From: Calditrichales bacterium
GTDB taxonomy: Bacteria > Calditrichota > Calditrichia > Calditrichales > J004
NCBI GenBank assembly: GCA_965267575.1
Contig: OZ254086.1
Coordinates: forward strand, 3,072,001-3,136,000
Reading direction: 5' to 3'
DNA: 64,000 nucleotides
The first letter of the stretch is position 1. Each line of letters begins with the position of its first letter. The position numbers and the translations under genes were made by a program. Positions 27,665-36,959 of this stretch are shown piece after piece. The notes beneath the pieces are model-generated. The model was given only the letters and a program-made list of their open reading frames with translations. It was not told the origin of the DNA and made no database searches.

Positions 27665-29497
27665 ATGTCCGATGACAAAACCGTTCAGGATTTTTCAAGG
27701 TCGTTAAACGATGATATTAAAAGGGCGCTTTTGCTGCCGGAGCCGGTAAAAGCCGAAGTGCGGCGCTATCTGGATAACGGGCGTTTTTGGGACGTGGCCA
27801 ACGCGCTGGGTGCTTATGCCAACGCCACGGATGTACAAAACCAGCGTGCCCGGGTTAAAGAGATCATTGCCGAAATCAGGGATTTTCAGGGCAATCGCGC
27901 GCTTTCCCGCAGCGAGCCAACGACGGTTGTATTCGGCACTTCCGGCTGGCGCGGCGTGATCGGTGAGGATTTTACGCTGCTCAATGTGCATAAAGTTTTA
28001 AGGGCGATTGTTGAGTTGCTGAAAAGCGAAACGTTCCTGGAATATAACGGCTATAACAACTTCGCGGAGGTGCAGAAGGCGGGATTGTTGCTGCTGCGCG
28101 ACAACCGTTTTATGGGCGATACCTTTTTAAACGCGGCGCGCAACGAGCTGACCAAGGCCGGTGTAAAAGTGTATCACGCCGGTGAGTGTCCCACGGGTGT
28201 GGGCTCCGCTTTGCTGACCGAATTGAAGGCGGCCGGCTCGATCAACTTTACGCCGTCGCACAACCCGATGGAATATGCCGGCATGAAATTTAACCCGGCG
28301 GATGGCGGTCCGGCGGACAAAAACCTGACGGCGCTGATTGAGGAGTTTGCCAACGGCTACATGCAGGGTAGCGATTTCACCCCGATCAGCGATTACGATC
28401 CCAACCTGATTACCACGGTTGACTCCGCGTCTTCTTTCCGCAATTTCCTGGAAGAGAAGAGCAGGGTCTTTAGCCTGTCCAAAATCCGCGACTGGCTCAG
28501 GCAGAATAAGAATGATCTGTACATGATCGTGGATTACATGCACGGTGCCGCCCGTGGCTACGTGGAAGAGGTGCTGGGACAGGATTTAATTTTTGAGCTG
28601 GTCGAAGCGGGCGCGCTGGATCGCTTCCACACGGATGATGATTTTAGTTTTCATGGTGTTAAGCCCGAGCCCAGCGCCAAAAACCAGGCGCCGCTGATCG
28701 GCATGCTGGCGAAGAGCGGGCGCAAGCTGACGCTGGCTGTTGCCCTGGACCCCGACGCCGACCGCATCCGTTTTGCCGACGCCAAAATGGATATCGATAT
28801 GAACCGTTTTGCGGCCATCGCCTATGAGCAGCTTTTGCAAAATGGCATTAAGGGCGCTATCATTTCCTCGCTGCCCTCATCGGATTTTCCGTTGCGCATT
28901 GCCCGCCAGAACCAGCAAAAAGTCATCGAAACAGCCGTTGGCTTTAAGAATTTCCGTGAAGCTTTTAAAAGCGGTGAAGCCGTTTTGGGTTTTGAGGAAT
29001 CGGACGGCATCTCTTTTACCGGGCACACGCTGGAAAAATGTGCCCTGGCAGGTTTCCTGGCCGCTCTGCAGGCCATGGCCGATACGAACAAAAACCTCAG
29101 CGAGCTGTATGGCAATCTGCAAAAAAAATACGGCTATTTTTACCCGGACAAAGCCGGCGCTGATGTAAAAGGCGTAAGCGTGGAAGCCTGGCAGGCCTAT
29201 AAAAACAACGTGGTTACGACACTTCAGGATGGTTTGTTTAAACCCGGCAACACGGTTAAGGTTGGCGATGAAGAAAAAAAGGTCTCCAAAACCGATACGC
29301 TGGATGGATTGAAGCTGATTTTTGATGACGACAGCTGGATCCTGCTGCGTCCTTCGGGCACGGAGCCGAAATTCCGCTACTATTATGAAGTAACAGCGGA
29401 AAAGCCGTTAGACGATCCCGGCACAAAGCTTAATGCCTACAGGGAAGCAGCGGCGGCTATTCTTCAGCAGGCCAGGGATATTGTGGATGGACGATAG
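27665..29497 (+). CDS. Phosphoglucomutase/phosphomannomutase
   Basis: FGTSGWRG, TPSHNP phosphoserine loop, DPDADR metal loop, VGFK, FEESDG, LLRPSGTEPKFRYYYE. Confidence 0.93.
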   Translation: MSDDKTVQDFSRSLNDDIKRALLLPEPVKAEVRRYLDNGRFWDVANALGAYANATDVQNQRARVKEIIAEIRDFQGNRALSRSEPTTVVFGTSGWRGVIGEDFTLLNVHKVLRAIVELLKSETFLEYNGYNNFAEVQKAGLLLLRDNRFMGDTFLNAARNELTKAGVKVYHAGECPTGVGSALLTELKAAGSINFTPSHNPMEYAGMKFNPADGGPADKNLTALIEEFANGYMQGSDFTPISDYDPNLITTVDSASSFRNFLEEKSRVFSLSKIRDWLRQNKNDLYMIVDYMHGAARGYVEEVLGQDLIFELVEAGALDRFHTDDDFSFHGVKPEPSAKNQAPLIGMLAKSGRKLTLAVALDPDADRIRFADAKMDIDMNRFAAIAYEQLLQNGIKGAIISSLPSSDFPLRIARQNQQKVIETAVGFKNFREAFKSGEAVLGFEESDGISFTGHTLEKCALAGFLAALQAMADTNKNLSELYGNLQKKYGYFYPDKAGADVKGVSVEAWQAYKNNVVTTLQDGLFKPGNTVKVGDEEKKVSKTDTLDGLKLIFDDDSWILLRPSGTEPKFRYYYEVTAEKPLDDPGTKLNAYREAAAAILQQARDIVDGR

Positions 29498-30113
29498 CCT
29501 GGATTACAGCCTCATAAAAGCCGTTATTTTTGATTTGGGTCGCGTGCTGGTGGATGTGGATTTTAGCGGCCTGCTGAGCGAGCTGCTGCCGCCGGAACGT
29601 ATCGATCGTGAGCAGCTTGACCTGGAAAAGATCATGCAGCAGCCCTGGTTCCGCGCATTCAGCATGGGCAAAATGGACCGGGAGACATTCTACCGCCGTG
29701 TCAGCGGGCATTTTATGCTGGATCTGAGCCGGGAGCAGTTTGAGCAGCGCTGGGCATCGGTGTTTGCGTCGCGGCCGGAGATGGAAAAGATTGTCAGGAC
29801 GCTGCACGGGCGCATCCCGCTGGGGCTGCTTTCCGATACCGATCCGATCCATTGGGAGTGGCTGCTGGACGCCTATGATTTTTTGGCTCTGTTTAAGAAG
29901 CCGGTGCTGAGTTTCCGCATTGGCGCGATGAAACCTTCGGCGGTGTGCTACAAGCTGGCAGCCGGGGCGGTAAAGACGCCTCAGCAGAATTGTCTGTTTA
30001 TCGATGACCGGATGATCAACGTGCAGGGGGCGCGTGAATGCGGGATGCAGGCGGTACGGTTCGAGTCGACCGGGCAGGTGGAGGCAATCGTAAAAAAGCT
30101 AAATTTGAAGTAG
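29487..30113 (+). CDS. HAD-family phosphatase (YihX-like)
   Basis: Start MDDSLDY overlapping the PGM stop; AVIFDLGRVL, LLSDT, KP, LFIDDRMINV. Confidence 0.88.
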   Translation: MDDSLDYSLIKAVIFDLGRVLVDVDFSGLLSELLPPERIDREQLDLEKIMQQPWFRAFSMGKMDRETFYRRVSGHFMLDLSREQFEQRWASVFASRPEMEKIVRTLHGRIPLGLLSDTDPIHWEWLLDAYDFLALFKKPVLSFRIGAMKPSAVCYKLAAGAVKTPQQNCLFIDDRMINVQGARECGMQAVRFESTGQVEAIVKKLNLK

Positions 30114-30299
30114 TAAAAAGTGGCATGCTTACTTTGGGTTTTTGATCGGGCATGATTCGATAGCGATGCCGATTAGCGATTTCGATTTAGATTTCGTGTG
30201 ATGGGGGAAGCAAAAGTAGCACGGAAATTATCCGGGCTATTGACTTCATTTAGAATTTATCCGTTATTGAGGAGGAAAGAATTAATTCAGGGGGAAGAG

Positions 30300-30734
30300 A
30301 TGGCTGATTTACCAATTGTCGAAGAATTTATGGACAAGACGTTCGTGACCCTGCGTCGCGATATGGATGTTTACAACGCGGTCGACATTTTGCTGGATCG
30401 CGGTATTACCAGCGCCGTAGTGACGGATGAGCATGACCATATTGTGGGGATCATTTCCGAGAAGGACTGTTTGCAGCTTTTAACCAAGGGCGCTTATCAC
30501 GGCCTGCCCAGCGGCAAGGTGGCGGATTTTATGACCGAACGCGTGGTGACGATTTCGCCGAATACGGATATTTTCCAGGTGGCCGATATGTTTTTGAAGC
30601 ATTTTTTCCGCCGGCTGGTGGTGGCCGATGAAGACAACCGCATGGTCGGGCAAATTACCCGCCGCGACCTGCTGAAGATCATCCGTCTGTGGAAACGCGA
30701 GAAAAAGGTTATACACCGCGCCCCGATCTTGTAA
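30300..30734 (+). CDS. CBS domain pair protein
   Basis: Start MADLP after GGGGAAG; VGIISEKD and VGQITRRD CBS motifs. Confidence 0.9.
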   Translation: MADLPIVEEFMDKTFVTLRRDMDVYNAVDILLDRGITSAVVTDEHDHIVGIISEKDCLQLLTKGAYHGLPSGKVADFMTERVVTISPNTDIFQVADMFLKHFFRRLVVADEDNRMVGQITRRDLLKIIRLWKREKKVIHRAPIL

Positions 30735-30745
30735 TGCTGTTTAAT

Positions 30746-30774
30746 AAAAAGGCCGCTTTTGAGCGGCCTTTTTT
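30746..30774. terminator. Bidirectional intrinsic terminator
   Basis: AAAAA-GGCCGCT-TTTG-AGCGGCC-TTTTTT between convergent genes. Confidence 0.9.
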
Positions 30775-30783
30775 GTTTTTCCC

Positions 30784-31183
30784 TTACTTCACCAGCACCA
30801 TGCGCTTTATGGCCTGATAGGACCCGGCCTTTAGTCTGTAAACATAGATGCCGCTTGACAGGCCGGCGGCGTTGAACACCACTTCATGGCGTCCGGCGGG
30901 ACGCTGGCCGTCCAGCAAAGTGCGGATCTTCTGGCCCTTGATGTTATATACTTCCAGCGTTACCGGCGCATCTTGCGGCAGATCGAATTGGATGTGGGTG
31001 AGCGGGTTGAAGGGATTGGGAAAGTTGGGATAAAGCGCAAACGCTTCGGGGATGAACGGCTGCGGCTGTGCGCCGGACTTGGCCAGGGCGGCGTCATCGG
31101 CGGTGACCAGTTGTACCACGTGGGGCGTTGTCTCCGGGAACGAAAGCGTTACCTTGCCCTTTGCGTCAATGACGAAATATAGG
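30784..31183 (-). pseudogene. Out-of-frame C-terminal part (T9SS-type CTD) of the 31149-34499 protein
   Basis: Frame reads ...LYFVIDAKGKVTLSFPETTPHVVQLV...LYPNFPNPFNP...LSSGIYVYRL...KRMVLVK; no signal peptide of its own; overlaps the end of the upstream ORF in the -1 frame. Confidence 0.8.
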
Positions 31184-34100
31184 TGAACAGCGTGGCGTCG
31201 CTGTGTTTGGCGCCGTCGTTGTAGCCAATAAAGTCATCCAGGGTCAGGGTTTTGATCACTGCGCCATCCAGCTCAATATCGATCAGACGGGCGTGGTTGC
31301 CGGCAAGCCCGGCGGCATTGTGAAACTGCACCTGCCAGTCAAAACGAAAATCGTCGCTGCCCTGCGGTGAGCCGCTGGCGTTCAGCTGCGGATCGAAGTC
31401 CAGTTTGCCGGCGTTCATCTGCGCGCCGGATAGATCGAGCGTAAGATAAGCCCCGTCATCCAGCAGGAAGACCATGCGTGATGACGAACTGGCCATGGCC
31501 ATCGGCTCATCTTCATACACTTCCGCTTTAACCACGTAGGGCAGGCTGTTGTACTTGGTCCACACGCTGCCGCCGGCGCTGTTCAGGGCCATGTTGGGCG
31601 CGCGCCCGCTGTTATCCAGCGTTTCCGTGGTCCAGGAACTGCCGCTCTTCTTGCGCTTGATTACCGCCCCGTCTTTCACCATGGCAATATAGGGAAAGCC
31701 GCCGTTGTCATCGTAGCTGATCGACGGGTGGCTGTAGCTGTGGTTGTATTGGTAGTGCGAGGCATAGTTGTTCAGATTTTCTGAATCATCAATCGTGCAA
31801 TAATAGACCAGCGGATCATTACCGGCTTCGCTTTCTGCTTCCCAGGCAATATGTGCTTTGGCCGTGCTGCCTGCGGCGAATGCCACAACCGGATTGCCGT
31901 GAGCGACAGCCCAGTAGATACCCTGGGAAACATGACGTTCGATGCCCCAGTCTTTATCAAACAAATTGAAACGCCTTGTATATACCTGTCCGTTGCGCTG
32001 ATAAACTATACGCGCCTTGGATCCGTCGCTTTTCGAATCCACGGACGGACGTGAGCCGCTCAGGATATGCGGGCTGGCCGTCCATGTGGAGGAACCATCC
32101 TGCTTGTAGAAGGTGCGTATGCGCGGGTTACCCGTGGACGAATCATTTTCTTCAACCACCAGCAACAGGTAATCGATATTATTGTCCTTAAAAGTTGTAA
32201 GAACAGGCGCCGGATTGGACGACGTGATATTTAATGTAGCAACGAGGGTTTCCGACGACCATGTTCCGCCATTAACGGGCTTTGATTTAACATAAACGTT
32301 ATATTGCGGATTCGGAATATACCAGGTCCAGGCAAGATAAAGGGTATTGTCGAAAAGCATTAGATGGGGATTGAGCTGATTGTCATCAGGTCCACCAGTT
32401 AGTTCTAAAACCTCTTGTTCCTGATCCCAGGTTGCGCCGTTATCGGTGGAATGGGTGTACCAAAGTTCATAGCCGTCGGCATAAACCATGTGCAACTCCG
32501 TGGCATTTTCGCGCACGATGCGCCGCCCATTGTTCAAACCGCTGGGCGTGGTTTTGTCTGAAGCGAGATGCCCCTTGTAAACCGCCCGGGCCTGGGCGCC
32601 GCTTTCTTTGAATACCAGCGCCGTTTGCGTGTTGGCGGCATCTTCAAACTCCACGTCCGTGCCCTCCCAGCGTTGGAAATACCACAGCACGTCTTCCCCG
32701 TGGAAGGGTATGGTTTGTGTGGCTGCGGTTTTTACGGAATAATAGGGTACCGGGTCATTAAAATCTTGATCAAGAAAAACGCCGCCGCTGGTTTCGTTGT
32801 AGCTGCCTGTGGGCTGGTATGGAGAGTCGAAGGGCAGAAAAGTGTCCGGCTGCTGCCCGTTTGCATCCACGTACCAGGGATCGTGGAATGCTAGGTTGCC
32901 ACCGTTGGAACTGGCCGAAGAAAAGGAATTTTCTACAGTTACCATATAGATAGAATTAAAACTCGCATGTTGTTCCCTTTGATTCGTAAAAAAATCACGG
33001 TTTAGAAAGTGTTCTTGTTGACTATTTTTCCAATCTTTATGTTTAGAAATATTTGACGCTGAAAAACGCTCACGTAACGTTTCAATATTATGCTGTTCAA
33101 TATTTTCATAATAGCGCCATTCACCAGATTCTATTGTCTCGGAGCCGTCCAGTTTTAATTGCCCCCCTGCATCTTCATCGGCAATGACATTCATAAATTG
33201 TACTGGGTAAAGGTCGCTAATATCGGCATAGTATGTATAATCCTCCCTAAAACCTTCTCCATTGAGAATTGGCATAAAGATAACATAATCCTCGTCAACA
33301 GATGGATGTTGAGCCGTTCCATTGTCATCATCGGTTAGGTTAAACTCTGTAACAAGATTAACTTCTCCCCCCATGATGCCCATTGCCAGCGCTTTCCAAA
33401 GAAGGTCATCTTCGCCATCAAAAGTTATATCTAGATAATTACCAGAAGCATTATTGAAACGGATATATGTGACACCACCCGGGCCATGCATTTTTTTGGG
33501 ATTGGTGTTTTGTAAAACAGGATAGTCACTGTGTTCCGCATAGAGAGGAGCTGTGTGATATTCGGCAGCATCGCTGAAATGGTGGCTGTCGTTACGGCTT
33601 CCGGTAAAATAACGCCAGATACCATAATTCTTTTTAGCGGTTGTTAGATCGGACGAATAGTTATTTTGCAGGACTATTTCCTTTTGTGAAAAAAAATCTG
33701 TCTGGCCTGCGCTGCCGCAACTTTCCCACACTTCCCTTACAATAGTAGGGCTACTATAAAATTCGTCAAGGAATAGCGGCCATAGACCGCCGGCATATTC
33801 ATAAGTGCTAAAAGCCACGTTTTCATTAATGCTTAATTCAGGATTTGCAATCGGCGTGTCATTTGATTCCTGCAATCTATATTTTAATAGATTTACAATA
33901 GGATAAATGCGCTTTTCCATATAGGTTGCAGTGTTTTCATAAAACCACACGTCCTCGGGAATCCAACTGTAGGCAAGCTGGCTGGCATGATGCAGTTCGT
34001 GGGCTGCCAGTGATTTTAATCTGTCCTGTTCTCCCACAGGGGAGTTAGGCACCGGGTCCTTGCGCAGTTCCACCCAGCTGCTGTAACTGTTAGTATAATC

Positions 34101-34499
34101 TGAACCCGGAGCAGGCGTATCTTCGGGTTGTGTGATACCGTTGTATCCCTCTAAGTCATGGATATAAATATCATATTTGGTATCTCCACCCATGCCGTTG
34201 TCCTGTGGCGGCGCAAGCCAACCTTGGGCGACTATCTCGCTGTGGACTTCTTCTGCATACGTAGCAATGGCGTCCGCCCAAGCCTGTGTCGTGGCGTCAT
34301 CACCGCTTAATGTATAGTGGATTTTAAAATTGGCTGTGTTTATTGTCGTTGGCGTCCCGGACAACATCGGACGTGTTTCGGTTATTATTCCCTGAGCCAA
34401 AAAGGTTTCGGCAATCTGACCTAAGCCACATTCTTCAAAGCCTTCATCCGCAAATAAGAAAGTGAAAAAAAGTAAAGTGAATAATAATATCCTGTACAT
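31149..34499 (-). CDS. Large secreted zinc metalloprotease (MXAN_6640-like N-domain) with propeller-like C-half; frameshifted before its CTD
   Basis: Signal peptide; NFKIHY, DNGMGGDTKYDIYI, AAHELHHASQLAY (HExxH), WFYENTATYME; later Asp-box STDNGATW. Confidence 0.82.
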   Translation of the reverse strand: MYRILLFTLLFFTFLFADEGFEECGLGQIAETFLAQGIITETRPMLSGTPTTINTANFKIHYTLSGDDATTQAWADAIATYAEEVHSEIVAQGWLAPPQDNGMGGDTKYDIYIHDLEGYNGITQPEDTPAPGSDYTNSYSSWVELRKDPVPNSPVGEQDRLKSLAAHELHHASQLAYSWIPEDVWFYENTATYMEKRIYPIVNLLKYRLQESNDTPIANPELSINENVAFSTYEYAGGLWPLFLDEFYSSPTIVREVWESCGSAGQTDFFSQKEIVLQNNYSSDLTTAKKNYGIWRYFTGSRNDSHHFSDAAEYHTAPLYAEHSDYPVLQNTNPKKMHGPGGVTYIRFNNASGNYLDITFDGEDDLLWKALAMGIMGGEVNLVTEFNLTDDDNGTAQHPSVDEDYVIFMPILNGEGFREDYTYYADISDLYPVQFMNVIADEDAGGQLKLDGSETIESGEWRYYENIEQHNIETLRERFSASNISKHKDWKNSQQEHFLNRDFFTNQREQHASFNSIYMVTVENSFSSASSNGGNLAFHDPWYVDANGQQPDTFLPFDSPYQPTGSYNETSGGVFLDQDFNDPVPYYSVKTAATQTIPFHGEDVLWYFQRWEGTDVEFEDAANTQTALVFKESGAQARAVYKGHLASDKTTPSGLNNGRRIVRENATELHMVYADGYELWYTHSTDNGATWDQEQEVLELTGGPDDNQLNPHLMLFDNTLYLAWTWYIPNPQYNVYVKSKPVNGGTWSSETLVATLNITSSNPAPVLTTFKDNNIDYLLLVVEENDSSTGNPRIRTFYKQDGSSTWTASPHILSGSRPSVDSKSDGSKARIVYQRNGQVYTRRFNLFDKDWGIERHVSQGIYWAVAHGNPVVAFAAGSTAKAHIAWEAESEAGNDPLVYYCTIDDSENLNNYASHYQYNHSYSHPSISYDDNGGFPYIAMVKDGAVIKRKKSGSSWTTETLDNSGRAPNMALNSAGGSVWTKYNSLPYVVKAEVYEDEPMAMASSSSRMVFLLDDGAYLTLDLSGAQMNAGKLDFDPQLNASGSPQGSDDFRFDWQVQFHNAAGLAGNHARLIDIELDGAVIKTLTLDDFIGYNDGAKHSDATLFTYISSLTQRAR

Positions 34500-34511
34500 A
34501 AGTGTTCTCCT

Positions 34512-35882
34512 TTATGGTTTTAGTAAAATTATTTTTCCTTTAGAAAAAATATCAAAAGACTCTCCTACAGCACAGATTCCTTTACTATGTACAGATATAG
34601 AATTAAAATGTCCGTCATAATCTGTTCCGATATATTGAGGAGTACTGCCGTTAAAATGCCATAGCATAGATCGGTCTCCACAAATCCAGATATTGTTTAT
34701 ATCTGTTGCGTCCATATATGAAGGAAAATAACGCAAGCGCGGATAAAACCGTTTACTCACGCCGTTTGTGGTAAAAGTATAGACAGCGCTGCTGCTGGCA
34801 ACATAGGTTTTTTTCTGTAAGAAAACGCCTGTAGAAAGGTTGCCGGCCATAGAATCGGGATCGGATGGCTGCATGCGAATATCAACATATCTTTCTATTG
34901 CAACCTGATTATTCCTAATGGATAATAAAACAGAATATGGTTCGCCACTTGTCCAGCCGCAGGCCCACACCGTGTTGCCATCAGACGTACCCCATACATC
35001 GGTCAGGTTCACATCCGTGCCGCTTTCCAGCTTTGTCCAGCTTTGCCCGTCGTAGTGGACAATTGTCCCGCCATTGCCGACGATATACAGGTCTTGGGTT
35101 GACGTGCCCCAAATCCTTTTAATTGCACCGTTTATTAGCTCATTCATTCCGCAATCGTTTCTAAAATTTTCGCCATTATAATGTACAAGGCTACCTGCTC
35201 TGGCAAACCAGATATCGTTTTCAGAAAAAGCGTACGTGGCGGTAAGTTCTGGGTATTTCACAGCACTACATGGCCCGGTAAATGGAATCTTAACCAACTC
35301 CCATTTCTCCCCATCCCAGTGCACGGCATTGTAATTCTCAAATTCACCGGCGGAGTCGGCAACGCTTATCCGGCCAACGGCCCAGATGTTGTTTTCATCC
35401 ACAATGGCCACGTCGTTCAGGTAGCTGCTTCCGCCGGCGCCACCAAATTCGTACACCTGCCAGCTAAAGTTGTGGCCGGTGGTATCCATGGTGCGGCGGT
35501 TAAAGGCAAAGCGGTACCATTGCTGTTGCGTGCTGTCTTTGGCCAGCCATAGCTCGTAGAGGTAGTTTTCATTGGGCTGCAAATTATCGTCGTAGAAGGC
35601 GGTGTCGCTGCCGGTCAGTGTATGGCGGAAAAGTAGGGTGTCGTGCAGCGTGTCTTTAACATTGGCGCGGGTCAGCGCGGCCAGTGTCGGCAGGTGGGCG
35701 TTCTGCAATTGCAGGCGAAGGCCCAGCCTTGTCAGGCCGGTGTCGCTTACAGTCAGCATGGCGGCAGGCTCCACGTTGCCGTTCTCCGGCGGGTCGGTCG
35801 GCTGCTCGCTGCAAAAGAGCAGCGCCATCAGCACTGTAACGGGCAGGGTGATGTTTACTATGTTTTTTATGGTCATCTTCAT
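34512..35882 (-). CDS. Lipoprotein with FN3-like N-domain and beta-propeller-like C-domain
   Basis: Lipobox-like LLFC; LQPNENYLYEL; MDTTGHNFSW..FG...SYLNDVAIVDENNIWAVG; YNAVHWDG; IWG...LYIVGNGGTIVHYDGQSW repeats. Confidence 0.8.
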   Translation of the reverse strand: MKMTIKNIVNITLPVTVLMALLFCSEQPTDPPENGNVEPAAMLTVSDTGLTRLGLRLQLQNAHLPTLAALTRANVKDTLHDTLLFRHTLTGSDTAFYDDNLQPNENYLYELWLAKDSTQQQWYRFAFNRRTMDTTGHNFSWQVYEFGGAGGSSYLNDVAIVDENNIWAVGRISVADSAGEFENYNAVHWDGEKWELVKIPFTGPCSAVKYPELTATYAFSENDIWFARAGSLVHYNGENFRNDCGMNELINGAIKRIWGTSTQDLYIVGNGGTIVHYDGQSWTKLESGTDVNLTDVWGTSDGNTVWACGWTSGEPYSVLLSIRNNQVAIERYVDIRMQPSDPDSMAGNLSTGVFLQKKTYVASSSAVYTFTTNGVSKRFYPRLRYFPSYMDATDINNIWICGDRSMLWHFNGSTPQYIGTDYDGHFNSISVHSKGICAVGESFDIFSKGKIILLKP

Positions 35883-36084
35883 ATTTCCCTCGTGTCTATG
35901 GGCTTATCAGGCAGCTTAGCATTTATGATGTGTCCATGTCAACACCTCCTTTTTAAATGGCGGGCTTTGCTGTGTGCGGGGCCAACATGCAAACGTCTCA
36001 TATATTCAGAGACACAAAGGCGGGGATATTTCTCAGGTAATATAATTATGGATATGCCCTGGCGGTAGATGCAAAAAATATTTT

Positions 36085-36894
36085 TCAAACTTTTAACCGC
36101 TTCTTCAAAAAGCGCATCATAAAGAGATTTACTTCCCACTGCTCCGCGATCGGTTCGCCGCTGAAGGGGCGTTTTAGCATGTAAGGCGCCGGGCCAAACT
36201 CGGGGCAGATTGTCAGGATCTTGCTGCCATCCTTTTGGCGCCGGTCAACGATCTCCTGCCACCAGCCCAGGTGGATAGCGAGATGCCGCTGCCAGGCGGG
36301 GTCGCGCGGATCGGGGATTTGCGGCCCTTCTATGTAACCGACGCGGGCGTGGACGTGGACACTGTTTTGCGCCGCGCGCAGCAGCGCCTGTTGCTGGTTT
36401 TGCAACAGCGATTCATGGACGCAGCACCAGTGCGAAAAATCGGCCACCAGCCTCAGGTCAGGCAGGGCATCCAGCAGCGCCATGGTCGACATCGTGCTGA
36501 AGGTGGGCCTGCCGCGGTGGATTTCGTGGGCAACCGGGACAGCGTATTTGTCTTCCAGTTGCGCCGCATATTCAAAAATTTTCAGATTGTCCTGCAGCGA
36601 ATAGAAATCCTTGCCGCTATGGGAGTTTACCAGCAACGGGGCAAAGGGCAGGGCCGCTTCATATTGCCGTTTAAAGCTGTTGCAGTGTACGTCAGCCGTC
36701 TCGCCGTCCGTCCATTGCTGCACGATCAGCAGCAAATCCAAATCCGCCAGGAGTGACTTGAGCAAGGCGCGCTCTTTTGTCCCGTGCGGGATGCCGGTTT
36801 CAACGCCGTCATAACCGGCTTGCTTTATTTTGGCGAGATCGGCGCGCAGGTCACCGCTCATGCCCCAGGTGCTGCAGAAATATTTTATTTGCAT
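36085..36894 (-). CDS. Sugar phosphate isomerase/epimerase (xylose isomerase-like TIM barrel)
   Basis: AGYDGVE, HEIHR, ADFSHW, HVHARVG, PEFGP. Confidence 0.85.
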   Translation of the reverse strand: MQIKYFCSTWGMSGDLRADLAKIKQAGYDGVETGIPHGTKERALLKSLLADLDLLLIVQQWTDGETADVHCNSFKRQYEAALPFAPLLVNSHSGKDFYSLQDNLKIFEYAAQLEDKYAVPVAHEIHRGRPTFSTMSTMALLDALPDLRLVADFSHWCCVHESLLQNQQQALLRAAQNSVHVHARVGYIEGPQIPDPRDPAWQRHLAIHLGWWQEIVDRRQKDGSKILTICPEFGPAPYMLKRPFSGEPIAEQWEVNLFMMRFLKKRLKV

Positions 36895-36959
36895 TGTTTG
36901 CCCGTCTTTTTGTGCGCTTTGTAATTTTGTCTGCCCGCAAATTAGCCTATTTTGCGGCC

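Noticed and set aside
4108..30195. Short periodic intergenic tracts as CRISPR arrays
   Set aside because: Units are 6-8 bp without unique spacers, and there are no cas genes.
30784..35882. Diversity-generating retroelement or programmed frameshift as the cause of the mosaic/frameshift
   Set aside because: No reverse transcriptase, no TR/VR pair with adenine-specific mismatches and no slippery heptamer seen in the window.
36777..36959. N-terminal extension of the GH39 ORF overlapping the divergent gene
   Set aside because: The signal peptide begins at ATG 36960; the upstream part is not protein-like.
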